Positions 49,505-59,594 of a stretch of DNA of 64,000 nt are shown here, one piece after another. This stretch comes from Candidatus Binatia bacterium (GTDB taxonomy: Bacteria > Desulfobacterota > Binatia > UBA9968 > CAXXLF01). The notes under the pieces are model-generated. The model was not told where the DNA came from and ran no database searches. It saw nothing but the letters and a program-made list of their open reading frames with translations. Location: assembly GCA_963664015.2 (NCBI GenBank), contig CAXXLF010000002.1, forward strand, positions 1,216,001-1,280,000. Direction: 5' to 3'. How positions within the stretch are numbered: position 1 is the first letter of the stretch; every line of letters starts with the position of its first letter. The translations under genes were made by a program, and so were the position numbers.

Positions 49505-50704
49505 CGCACAACGAGTCCGAGACAATCTGGACCCGACCGTTTGTTCTATTGTGCCTTACCGAATTTTTGAGTTACGGCCACAACTCGTTACTCACCCCCA
49601 CGCTTCCCCTCTACATAACGCACATGGGAGGAACCCCTATTTTAGTCGGTGTCATGCTGGCCGTTTTCTGCGCTACGAGTGTTTTAGTCAGACCCAAGAT
49701 CGGCTATTGGGCTGATACCTGGAGCTACGCCGGGATTCTTTCCCTGGGTTCGTTATTACTCGGCATCAGCGTTCTTCTCTATCTCTTTTCCGTCACAACC
49801 GCGCTCATTATATCCAACGGGTTTCGTGGCATCGGCTGGGCGGGACTCAATACCGGCGGGTACTCTCTCCTGGCTCACAGTGCACCTGACAAGCGCCGCG
49901 GAGAGGCTTCAGGCTACTATTCAAGTTTTCAAAGTTGTGCCCACGTCCTCTTCCCGGCTCTGGCCCTTTGGATCCTCGATGCCCATTGGGGGGGATTCAA
50001 TGCCGTGATCTTCTTATCGGCCACACTCGCCCTGCTTGGGGGCGGTATCGGATTCATCCTCAAACCCATGACCGAGCAGGCCGCTGCAAAGTCGTCCGCT
50101 TCCCCGTCAACAAGGCAAGGCCAACGGGCGACCTCAACTCTGGTGGATAGAAACGTTCTGGTCGCAGCCGCGTTGCTCTTTTGCATGTACCTTATCTATG
50201 CCGACTACCACGAGTTTTATTATTCTCCACGCAAAGGAGTTGGGGATCGAGGGTATGGGTTGGTATTTCGTTGCCAGTGGCCTCACTCACGTTTTGGGTC
50301 GACCTATCTTCGGTCGGCTCTCTGATCGGATCGGTAGGGGCCGGTCCGTCGCAATGGCCTTCGGTCTGGAACTGGCAGGATTGTTCCTGCTAATGATGGC
50401 ACCGGACCTAGCCGTTATCGTTTTAGGTGGGGTTCTTTACGCTGTCGGTACTGCACTGGGAACGGCAACCACGATGGCCATGGCCATTGAGGTGGCCGAT
50501 CCAAAGCACCGAGGGGTAGCCATGGCAACCTTTTCGACCGCCTATCCACTCAGCGTCGGACTGGGTGCCATCCTCACGGGAACCGTAATAGAAATAGCTG
50601 GCTTCACCTGGATGTTTATGACTTCGATGATAACAACGGCATTGGGGTTGATAGTCACGATGCTATATTGGTCGAGCCTTGACGGTCACAGCCGTGCTGT
50701 TTAA
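49501..50704 (+). pseudogene. MFS transporter paralogue, frameshifted at ~50191
   Basis: Extra C in TAC-C-TTA-TCT-ATG; removing it restores CMYLSMPTTTSF, matching the paralogues. Confidence 0.8.
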
Positions 50705-50734
50705 TCGTACTCCAAGATATTAACTACGGGCGCT

Positions 50735-51937
50735 ATGATCCAAGGAAATTCTGATACCATCTGGTCCCGGTCCTTTATCATTCTGTGTGTGGCAGAGTTC
50801 CTCGGTTACGCCAATCACGCGTTGCTCATCCCTACCCTTCCCCTGTATGTAAGCCAAATGGGTAACTCCCCCTTTATGGTGGGGGTTGTCCTGGCATCCT
50901 TCAGTATTTTTAGTGTTTTACTTCGGCCGACTATCGGTACTTGGGCGGATTCCTGGAGTTATGGAGGGGTCCTCACCATCGGGGCGCTCATTACGGGCCT
51001 GAGCGTTCTTCTCTTCTTCTTCCCCGTGACGGCAATGCTCATGGCAGCCAACGCCACTCGGGGTGTCGGTTGGGCAGCCCTCAATACGGGCGGCTATTCG
51101 TTGTTGGCCCACAGTGCACCGGATCGGCGCCGTGGCGAGGCCGCCGGCTACTACTCGGGATTTCAAAACGGTGCCCATATCGTCTTTCCGGCCTTGGGCT
51201 TATGGTTGATTGAAGCTCCTTGGGGCGGCTTTCATAGAGTCATCGCCATGGCAGCTTCCGTCGGATTGATGGGCAGTATGATGGGATTTTATCTCAAACG
51301 CCTCACCGAACGGGCCACGCCAAAAACGCAACCGGCAACCGGTGCGAGGCAAGGGCGACCGGGGTCCATCGCCGTGGTTAATCCAAAGATAGTGCTCGTT
51401 GCCGCCCTGCTCTTCTGCCTGCACATCTCGATGCCTGTTGCGGCCGGCTTTCTTCCCCTCTATGCCAAGTCCGTAGGCATCGAAGGCGTGGGGTGGTATT
51501 TCGTTGCCAGCGGCCTGACCCAGGTTTTGGCCCGTCCGTTCCTTGGACTGGTCTCGGACCGGATCGGCCGAGGCCTATCGGTTGTCATAGCCTTCGTATT
51601 GGAACTCATCGGATTGTGTGTACTCATGATTGCACCTAACTTGATGATCCTGATGGTCGGTGGTGTTTTTTTTGCCACTGGAATCGCCATGGGAACTTCA
51701 AGCACAACGGCCATTGCCATAACCCTGGCCGAGCCTCGACACCGGGGTGTCACGATGGCAACCTTTTCAACCGCCTATCCATTGAGCATGGGGCTGGGTG
51801 CCATTCTCATAGGGTCCGCTATAACCATGGGAGGATTTCCTTGGATGTTTGTCGTCGCAATAATGGCAGGGACGTTAGGGTTGACGATGACACTCCTCTG
51901 TTGGTCCAGACTCGACCGGATGAGCCCGACTACCTAA
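50735..51937 (+). CDS. MFS transporter paralogue
   Basis: Colinear with 48308-49504. Confidence 0.9.
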   Translation: MIQGNSDTIWSRSFIILCVAEFLGYANHALLIPTLPLYVSQMGNSPFMVGVVLASFSIFSVLLRPTIGTWADSWSYGGVLTIGALITGLSVLLFFFPVTAMLMAANATRGVGWAALNTGGYSLLAHSAPDRRRGEAAGYYSGFQNGAHIVFPALGLWLIEAPWGGFHRVIAMAASVGLMGSMMGFYLKRLTERATPKTQPATGARQGRPGSIAVVNPKIVLVAALLFCLHISMPVAAGFLPLYAKSVGIEGVGWYFVASGLTQVLARPFLGLVSDRIGRGLSVVIAFVLELIGLCVLMIAPNLMILMVGGVFFATGIAMGTSSTTAIAITLAEPRHRGVTMATFSTAYPLSMGLGAILIGSAITMGGFPWMFVVAIMAGTLGLTMTLLCWSRLDRMSPTT

Positions 51938-52107
51938 TCTGATCGCAAGCACGAGCACCCTTGTCAGCAATCTATTCTGTACCACCGGATTAACGAGCCC
52001 TTACCTTAATAGGTATTTTCGTCCAACTTTCGCCTACCAAACCTATCGAATCGGCAGAGGGTCGATCTTGAAAGACCACCCTCCATGGTGTATAGGTCTG
52101 TTTTACA

Positions 52108-52881
52108 ATGAAATTTCAGCATGTTCTGGTCGAAAAAGAGGGCCCTGTTGCATTGGTTACCCTGAACCGTCCCAAGCAACTGAATGCCTTGTCCTACGAG
52201 CTTATAAAAGAGCTGAGCATCGCTATGGAGGCATTCGATCAGGATCCGGAGGTCCGGGTCATGATTCTGACAGGAGGGGAGCGGGTTTTTGCAGCAGGGG
52301 CGGATATCAAGGAGATGGCCGATGCAACTCCTTTCGATGAAGTCCTTACGGGTCGATTAGCTAATCGCGACAAGATTAACAAGCTTTCCAAACCCGTCAT
52401 CGCAGCTGTAAGCGGTTACGCCTTGGGTGGTGGATGCGAACTGGCCATGAGCTGTGATCTCATTATTGCTTCCGAAACGGCGAGGTTTGGCCAGCCCGAA
52501 ATTAACATAGGCACTATTCCCGGTAGCGGGGGAACTCAATGTTTGCCCCGAACCGTTGGAAAGTACCGTGCCATGGAATGGGTCTTAACCGGCGAACCCA
52601 TAGGTGCCATGGAGGCCGAACGTTGCGGCTTGGTCAATCGAATCGTTCCAGTAGAGAACCTGTTAGAAGAAGCCAAGACCCTGGCAAAAAAGATCGCTGC
52701 CAAGTCTCCTTTGGCCGTTAAATTGGCCAAGGAGGCTATCCTTAAATCCCTGAACACACCCCTGGACGAAGGGCTCGAATTCGAAAGAAAATCCTTTTAT
52801 GTCCTCTTTGGGTCCGAGGACAGAAAAGAAGGGATGCAGGCGTTTACGGAAAAACGCAAACCCGAGTTCAAGGGAAAGTAA
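52108..52881 (+). CDS. paaF: Enoyl-CoA hydratase (PaaF-like)
   Basis: FAAGADI, GGGCELAM, FGQPE. Confidence 0.8.
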   Translation: MKFQHVLVEKEGPVALVTLNRPKQLNALSYELIKELSIAMEAFDQDPEVRVMILTGGERVFAAGADIKEMADATPFDEVLTGRLANRDKINKLSKPVIAAVSGYALGGGCELAMSCDLIIASETARFGQPEINIGTIPGSGGTQCLPRTVGKYRAMEWVLTGEPIGAMEAERCGLVNRIVPVENLLEEAKTLAKKIAAKSPLAVKLAKEAILKSLNTPLDEGLEFERKSFYVLFGSEDRKEGMQAFTEKRKPEFKGK

Positions 52882-52893
52882 GGAGTCGAGGCC

Positions 52894-53673
52894 GTGAGCT
52901 ACGAAACCATCCTGTACGATAAAACCAACGGTGTCGCTACCGTTACTTTAAACCGCCCCCAGGCGCTGAATGCCTTCACGCCCCAAATGAACAGCGAAGT
53001 TACCGCTGCGCTCAAAGAGGCAGAACGGGACGAGGAGGTTCGATGCGTGGTTCTTACCGGCGCCGGTCGCGCCTTTTGTTCCGGCCAAGATCTAAAGGGC
53101 CGCACACACGAGCAACGGGGTTCCCTCGGACAATCCCTGAGGGAGCGGTATAATCCCATCATCCTCCGTATTCGAAAAATGGAGAAGGTGGTACTCGCCG
53201 CTGTCAACGGTATCGCTGCCGGTGCCGGATGCAATCTGGCTCTGAGCTGCGACCTCCGCATCGCCTCAGAGGGAACTCGATTTGTACAGGCCTTTGTTCG
53301 GGTAGGGTTAGCACCCGATTGCGGGGGTAGCTTCTTTCTTCCTCGGCTCATCGGGTTGAGCAAGGCCATGGAACTGCTACTGCTTGGCGAACCGGTGGAT
53401 GCTCAACAGGCTCTCAATCTCGGGCTGGTCGCCAAGGTTGTTCCGACCGGAGAGTTTGCCGAAGCGACTCGTCAAATGGCGGAGCAGATCGCGAGGGGTC
53501 CGCGGAGCGTCGGTTTGATCAAACGAGCGGTCAACCGGAGCCTCAGCGCCGACCTGGAAAGCCAACTCGAATACGAGGCCCAGTTGCAAGAGATTGCCGG
53601 ACGAAGCACAGATTTCGATGAAGGCGTTCAAGCCTTTTTGGAGAAACGAACCCCGGTATTTACGGGAAAGTAA
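52894..53673 (+). CDS. paaG: Enoyl-CoA isomerase (PaaG-like)
   Basis: FCSGQDL, YNP, AAGAG.NLAL.CD, GL.PD.GG. Confidence 0.78.
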   Translation: MSYETILYDKTNGVATVTLNRPQALNAFTPQMNSEVTAALKEAERDEEVRCVVLTGAGRAFCSGQDLKGRTHEQRGSLGQSLRERYNPIILRIRKMEKVVLAAVNGIAAGAGCNLALSCDLRIASEGTRFVQAFVRVGLAPDCGGSFFLPRLIGLSKAMELLLLGEPVDAQQALNLGLVAKVVPTGEFAEATRQMAEQIARGPRSVGLIKRAVNRSLSADLESQLEYEAQLQEIAGRSTDFDEGVQAFLEKRTPVFTGK

Positions 53674-53692
53674 GCATTCCAACTCCGAACCA

Positions 53693-54559
53693 ATGGCCAT
53701 AAACAAATCACTGATCGGTGTTGTCGGTGCCGGAACCATGGGGGCGGGAATTGCCCAGGTTGCAGCGCAGGCGGGTTTCGAAACCCTGCTCTACGATGTC
53801 AAACAGGAGTTCATCGACAAGGGACTGGGAAGAATCCGGACCTTTATTCAAGGTAGTAAGGATCGGGGGAAAATATCCGCGGAGGAAGCAGAACGGGTTT
53901 TAGCCCGCCTCACGGGCACCCTCAAACTAGAGGACCTTGGCCCGGCACGGATCGTCATCGAGGCGGCGCCGGAGAATCTTGATCTCAAGCGTGAGATCTA
54001 CCAAAAACTGGACACTGCCAGTGAACCTGAAACGTTACTTGCCAGCAACACTTCATCCCTATCCGTTACAGCTATCGCGGCAGCCATTAAAAACCCGGGC
54101 CGCGTCCTGGGCATGCATTTCTTCAATCCCCCGCCACTCATGGCCCTGGTGGAGGTTATCCAAGGGGAACAAACGAGTTCCCAAACCATGGATGAGGCCG
54201 TCGAATTAGTACGATTGTTAAAGAAGACCCCTGTCCGAACCAAAGACACACCAGGATTCGTTGTTAACAGGATCGCCCGGCCCTTTTACAATGAAGCGCT
54301 GCGAATTCTGGAAGATGGACAGATCACGGTGGATGTAATTGACCACATCATGAAGGGCGCCGGAAAATTTCGCATGGGACCTTTTGAGCTCATGGATCTC
54401 ATCGGCATCGACATTAACTTCACGGCGACGGAATCCATGTACCGGGCCTTTTTTCTCGATCCACGATTTCGCCCGAGCCCCATTCAACAAAAGATGTTCC
54501 AGGCAGGCCATCTGGGAAGAAAAACGGGGCGGGGGTTTTACAAATATGAGTCCAAATAG
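53693..54559 (+). CDS. 3-hydroxyacyl-CoA dehydrogenase (PaaH N-terminal half)
   Basis: GAGTMGAGIA, IEAAPE, SNTSS, HFFNP, MGPFELMD. Confidence 0.88.
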   Translation: MAINKSLIGVVGAGTMGAGIAQVAAQAGFETLLYDVKQEFIDKGLGRIRTFIQGSKDRGKISAEEAERVLARLTGTLKLEDLGPARIVIEAAPENLDLKREIYQKLDTASEPETLLASNTSSLSVTAIAAAIKNPGRVLGMHFFNPPPLMALVEVIQGEQTSSQTMDEAVELVRLLKKTPVRTKDTPGFVVNRIARPFYNEALRILEDGQITVDVIDHIMKGAGKFRMGPFELMDLIGIDINFTATESMYRAFFLDPRFRPSPIQQKMFQAGHLGRKTGRGFYKYESK

Positions 54560-55292
54560 CCCAGTTCAAGTGGCCATCGTCGGGACCAATCGGCTGGCGG
54601 GGGAGTTACTGCGTCTGTGCCAGGGCCACGGATTGCAGGCAAGCCCCTATTCGGGAGCCGAGAAGGTAACGGCCTCCACCAGCCTAGCCATAGAGACCCT
54701 TGCTGGGACTGAAGCGGAAAAGAAACGGAATATCGAAAAGCTAGACCAAAAGCTATCGGCGCCTGCGGTCATTGTTAGCTCGTGCCTCGGATTCTCGGCC
54801 ACACACATTGCTTCCTGGACGAGCCGGCCGGAACGAGTTGTCGGATTCGCGACTTTCTATCCGGCGGAAGAGAAAAAGGTCATTGAGCTCACCGCAGGGT
54901 TGAGGACTGATGAACCGTCCTTGGCCCAAACCGAAAACTTTTTTCAAGCACTGGGGAAGGAGACGGCTCGCGTCAAAGACATGCCTGGTCTGATTTTCCC
55001 CCGCATCCTAAGCCTCATCATCAATGAAGCGGCACGGAGTCTTGACGAAGGAGTCGCAGCAGCAGAAGACATCGATACGGCGCTGCGCCTTGGGACAAAT
55101 TATCCGCTGGGTCCCCTTCGCTGGGCAGACCAAGTGGGATTGGATGAAGTCCTTACGGTGCTCGAAGGCCTGCAACGGGAAACCGGCGACGATCGTTATC
55201 GGCCAACCCCGTTACTCAAGCGGATGGTGTTGGCAGGTCGCCTGGGCGAATTCAGCGGAGAGGGTTTTTATCAATACAACAAGGAACCGTAA
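54546..55292 (+). CDS. 3-hydroxyacyl-CoA dehydrogenase-like (PaaH C-terminal half)
   Basis: INEAA, DID.A..LGTNYPLGP, DDRYRP; lacks the catalytic HFFNP. Confidence 0.8.
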   Translation: MSPNSPVQVAIVGTNRLAGELLRLCQGHGLQASPYSGAEKVTASTSLAIETLAGTEAEKKRNIEKLDQKLSAPAVIVSSCLGFSATHIASWTSRPERVVGFATFYPAEEKKVIELTAGLRTDEPSLAQTENFFQALGKETARVKDMPGLIFPRILSLIINEAARSLDEGVAAAEDIDTALRLGTNYPLGPLRWADQVGLDEVLTVLEGLQRETGDDRYRPTPLLKRMVLAGRLGEFSGEGFYQYNKEP

Positions 55293-55349
55293 AGTCGATC
55301 ATCAGCCGATTCAGGAGCTGCGCCTGATGGATCTCCTAGAGAAAAAATA

Positions 55350-56552
55350 ATGAGCAAAGCAGTCATCATTGACGCCATTCGCACACCCATGGGTCGTCAT
55401 GGGGGCATCCTCAAAGAAATCCGCCCCGACGACCTGGCCGCCTTCTTGATTCGGAAACTCGTTGAACGAACCGGCATCAACCAGGATGAAATCGAGGACG
55501 TCTATCTCGGGTGTACGAACCAGGCAGGTGAGGATTCACGTAACATTGGTCGGAACGCAGCACTCCTGGCAGGCCTGCCCTATACGGTTCCCGGGACGAC
55601 GGTCAACCGCCTGTGCGGGTCAGGACTGGAAGCGATCAATCAAGTCCAGCGGGCCATTGAAGCGGGGGATGGGGATCTCTTTATCGCCGGGGGCGTCGAG
55701 AATATGACGCGTTCCCCCTGGGTCATGGGAAAAAACGCCGTTCCTTTCAAACAGGGAAATGTCACGGCCTACGATAGCACCTTGGGGTGGCGCTTTCCCA
55801 ACCCCAGCCTAGGAGAACTCTACCCCCTGAACAGCAATGGGGTAACCGCGGAAAACATTGCTGAGAAATATAAGATCAACCGTGAGGATCAGGATACCTT
55901 CGCACTGGAAAGCCATCAGTGGGCCATTCGCGCCCATGAGCAGGGACTCCTCAAGCATGAAATCATCCCCGTCGAAGTTCCGCAACATAAAGGTCCGGCG
56001 ATCATCCATGATAAAGACGAAGGCCCCAGACCCGACACTTCATTGGAAAAACTCAAGGCGCTGAAATCGGTTTTCAAGGAGAACGGTACGGTCACTGCGG
56101 GCAACTCTTCTCCCCTTTCCGATGGAGCGGCCGTCCTGCTCATGGCCAGTGAGGACAGGGCAAGGAGTTTAGGCCTAAAACCATTGGTGCGCATCCTGTC
56201 GTCGGCTGTTGCCGGTGTTCACCCCTCCTACTTTGGTATCGGCCCCGTACCGGCCACCCAGAAAGCGCTAACGAGGGCCCAACTCACGATCGATCAACTG
56301 GACCGGATCGAGATCAACGAGGCCTTTGCCTCCCAATCCCTTGCGTGTATTCGGGAGTTGGGCATAGACAGGAAAAATGTCAACGTCCATGGCGGGGCGA
56401 TTGCCCTAGGCCACCCCCTGGGTTGCAGCGGGGCACGGATCATGACAACCCTGGTCCATGAGCTAACGAGACAGAGACACCGATATGGCCTGGCCACATT
56501 ATGTATCGGTGTTGGCCAGGGTATTTCAACTATTGTAGAGCGTGTGGATTAG
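55350..56552 (+). CDS. Thiolase (PaaJ/PcaF-like)
   Basis: NQAGED.RN, NRLCGSG, NEAF, GHPLG, CIGVGQG. Confidence 0.92.
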   Translation: MSKAVIIDAIRTPMGRHGGILKEIRPDDLAAFLIRKLVERTGINQDEIEDVYLGCTNQAGEDSRNIGRNAALLAGLPYTVPGTTVNRLCGSGLEAINQVQRAIEAGDGDLFIAGGVENMTRSPWVMGKNAVPFKQGNVTAYDSTLGWRFPNPSLGELYPLNSNGVTAENIAEKYKINREDQDTFALESHQWAIRAHEQGLLKHEIIPVEVPQHKGPAIIHDKDEGPRPDTSLEKLKALKSVFKENGTVTAGNSSPLSDGAAVLLMASEDRARSLGLKPLVRILSSAVAGVHPSYFGIGPVPATQKALTRAQLTIDQLDRIEINEAFASQSLACIRELGIDRKNVNVHGGAIALGHPLGCSGARIMTTLVHELTRQRHRYGLATLCIGVGQGISTIVERVD

Positions 56553-56579
56553 ACGGCCCTTCGGTCTTCTCCCAACACC

Positions 56580-59198
56580 ATGAAGAAAAAGACGCAGACG
56601 GCTCTCACCCTTATTTTCGCCGCTGTCGTTCTCCTCATCGTTTTTCTCACTGTCACGCTTAACGCCCTGGTGGATAAGAACCGGGAGAATATCCGGTTGG
56701 AGATCCAACGGCACCTGGGTAGGAATCTATCTTTTAAAAACGTTACGTTGGATCTTTGGGCTGGACCCGGGCTATCCGCCACCGACTTACGCATCGCAGA
56801 CGATCCACGCTTTGCAGCCACACCTCTGATCCAGACAAAAGAACTAAAAATGCAGGTCCGTTGGTTACCTCTTCTTTTAGGAAAAGTCGAGATCAAGACA
56901 TTGATACTGAGCGAACCCGAATTCCAAATTATCAAAAACGAGGAAGGGAAGTTCAATATCTTCGCGACCCCGGAACCGGGCCCAACCGGAACCGAAAGTA
57001 GGCCAAGGCCAACGGCCAAACGCTCATTTTCCCTGTCCTTTCCTGTATCCGGTTTAAAGATCAACGGCGGGTCCATTCACTACGTCGACCGATCCACGAA
57101 GGAACCAGTGGTGCTGCGGTTGTACAACCTGGATCTGAACCTTTCCGCCGTTGGACCTTCAAGAGAGGCTGACATTGAACTCTCCGCAAACTTTCTCAAT
57201 GGAAACGAACCAAACGTAAGACTCAAGGGCCAACTGGGACCGCTTCAATCGGTTAAGAATTGGAATCGATCACCGGTCAATCTGCAGGTGCTCATTGAAG
57301 CATTGCCCTTCCCCAAGTTGACCAGCGCCATTCCCATACTCAGAGAGAGAATACCATCCTACCTAAACATCAACGGGCCATTGGCGCTCGAGACCAGGGT
57401 GACCGGTACCCTCGGACAACCACATATGACCGGGCTAACCTTGACGGGAGCCTTCTTCGGTTCTTCAACTAACAATGTGAAGCTCACCGCCGACCTGGAT
57501 ATGTCCCAGGGACTGCAGGAACAGGCTTCCATCAAGGGAGAAGTTATCGTTGAGTCGGTCCTTCTGGAGCGACTCAGGGAGATCCCTATAGTGGAACGGA
57601 TGCTTCCCAGTGCCCTGACTGCCAAGGGACCGCTAGTTCTGTTTGGCGAAATCAATGGGAATGCACAGGAGTTTCAGGTTTACGCGTCGCTCGATGGGGC
57701 TGGCAGCGAGATCGCATACGGGAAGTGGCTGACTAAACCCAAAGGCATTCCTGCCAAGGTGGAGATTCGAGCCACACGCAAGGAGGGCCGAATCTCCTTA
57801 TATAACTCCACCTTTACGATCCATAACGCCAAAGTGGGTTTCTCCGGTTTGCTGGAAGAGAAACCAGAGCGGCTCCTCCGGCTTCAACTTCAAACTGAAT
57901 TCCTGGACATATCGGGATGGGATCAGTTTTTAATTCCGGTATCGGACTACGATATGGCGGGTAAGGTAAGATTGGACCTATCGATTCAGAAGACCTTCTC
58001 CCCCCAGCGCCACGATTGGAATCTTCAAGGTTTTGTGACCCTAAACGATTTACGCCTTCAGAAGAAGGGAAGCAAAAGCGCCGTGGAAGGGATCACGTCG
58101 CAAATTACCTTCTTGGGCCAAGAGGCCAGAGTGGATAAATTACAGTTTCGCGTGGGGGCAACCGAATTCACTCTTCAAGGGAACCTGAGAGACCTGGCTA
58201 AGCCTACGGTACGGTATCGACTGAGTTCTCCCAGGGTCAACCTCTCCGACTTTACCAGTCTTCCCGAATACAAGGCCGACTGGATCAGGAACCTTAGCAG
58301 TGAAGGGTCATTTCAATTCACAAGCACGACTACAACAATGAATGCCGGGTTTCGCTTGGCTGAAGGCCAATTGCAGGAATTGCCCTATCGAAATCTCCAG
58401 GGACAGATCCTCTGGGACTCTAAACAACTGACCGTCAAAGAATTTGCCTTCGAAGCGTTGGGCGGGAACTTCAAAGGGCAAGGAGTATGGGAAAAGGAAA
58501 ACGACCAATGGTCCCGCTTCACATTTTACTCCAAGGTTGAGGGTGTTGACATGAAGGAGCTGCTACCCCGCCTCTCTCCAGAATTTCCCGACGGGTTTGA
58601 AGGGAAACTCAACTTTGAGGCCAAGCTCAAAGGGTGGGGAGAGAATTGGGAAACGATTCAAAAGACCCTCGTGGGGCAGGGCCAAGCGGAAGTCAAAAAC
58701 GGTGCGCTCAGAGATGTCAATTTAATTAGGCGAGTGCTCTCCCGGGTCACTGGATTACCAGGAGTAGGCAGCCTCACTTCATCCTCCCTTTCGTCCCGAT
58801 ACGGGAGCATCTTTAAGAGGCAGAACACTCCGTACGATACCATGACGGCCTCTTTCCAAGTCGAGGAGGGACGCTTCCGGACCCGAGACTTTTTCCTTAC
58901 CGCTGAAGATTATTCGATCAGAGCTGAAGGCTGGATTGGATTCGATAGTAGCATGGGGTGGGATGCAGACCTCTCTCTCTCCCGTCCCCTCACGAGAGAA
59001 CTAACGCGAAGCCATAAAAACATTCGCTATCTAGCAAACAAGAAAGGCCGGTTGGCAGTTCCATTCGGGCTAACAGGCTCCCTACCTCGCATGGAACCCA
59101 AACCCAACTTAAAAAGATTGGCAGGCCTCATCCAGGAAGGACTGAACCAAGCGACAAAAGAGGAGGCCACTAAAGCCAGGAAAACCGAGGCCAAGTAG
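56580..59198 (+). CDS. AsmA family protein
   Basis: N-terminal anchor; PLLLGKVEI; beta-rich; C-terminal AsmA-like segment. Confidence 0.8.
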   Translation: MKKKTQTALTLIFAAVVLLIVFLTVTLNALVDKNRENIRLEIQRHLGRNLSFKNVTLDLWAGPGLSATDLRIADDPRFAATPLIQTKELKMQVRWLPLLLGKVEIKTLILSEPEFQIIKNEEGKFNIFATPEPGPTGTESRPRPTAKRSFSLSFPVSGLKINGGSIHYVDRSTKEPVVLRLYNLDLNLSAVGPSREADIELSANFLNGNEPNVRLKGQLGPLQSVKNWNRSPVNLQVLIEALPFPKLTSAIPILRERIPSYLNINGPLALETRVTGTLGQPHMTGLTLTGAFFGSSTNNVKLTADLDMSQGLQEQASIKGEVIVESVLLERLREIPIVERMLPSALTAKGPLVLFGEINGNAQEFQVYASLDGAGSEIAYGKWLTKPKGIPAKVEIRATRKEGRISLYNSTFTIHNAKVGFSGLLEEKPERLLRLQLQTEFLDISGWDQFLIPVSDYDMAGKVRLDLSIQKTFSPQRHDWNLQGFVTLNDLRLQKKGSKSAVEGITSQITFLGQEARVDKLQFRVGATEFTLQGNLRDLAKPTVRYRLSSPRVNLSDFTSLPEYKADWIRNLSSEGSFQFTSTTTTMNAGFRLAEGQLQELPYRNLQGQILWDSKQLTVKEFAFEALGGNFKGQGVWEKENDQWSRFTFYSKVEGVDMKELLPRLSPEFPDGFEGKLNFEAKLKGWGENWETIQKTLVGQGQAEVKNGALRDVNLIRRVLSRVTGLPGVGSLTSSSLSSRYGSIFKRQNTPYDTMTASFQVEEGRFRTRDFFLTAEDYSIRAEGWIGFDSSMGWDADLSLSRPLTRELTRSHKNIRYLANKKGRLAVPFGLTGSLPRMEPKPNLKRLAGLIQEGLNQATKEEATKARKTEAK

Positions 59199-59318
59199 AC
59201 GTAAATCACCGAGAGGCGCTATCCACCTCCTCCAGCAAGAGCACTATCAGGGATTACCTTAGGCCTTTCCGCTCTGATCAACTGACTGAGAGCTGACGGG
59301 TGGTCGCTATGGTTGACA

Positions 59319-59594
59319 ATGAATCTGTGTAACATTTTTCTAAAGATCCGTACCGAAGACATCGCCTATCTGAAGTTTATTCTGGAATCCTACGAAGGTA
59401 TCGGTATTGTTCGAACCCTAGACCAGAGCCAAGCCATCGTTGTCATGATGGTTGCGGAAGATTTCCAGGACACCGCCCAGTCTATCCTCAGTTCCCTGCG
59501 TCGGGAAATCCCTCTAGTCGAGGTACCCCAGCCTCAAGATGTAAAGGACGATTGGCTCTTCAAGGAAATAAGCGAAAAAGAGACTTCAAGCTAA
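59319..59594 (+). CDS. DUF4911 family protein
   Basis: DIAYLKFILESYEGIG.VRTLD. Confidence 0.75.
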   Translation: MNLCNIFLKIRTEDIAYLKFILESYEGIGIVRTLDQSQAIVVMMVAEDFQDTAQSILSSLRREIPLVEVPQPQDVKDDWLFKEISEKETSS

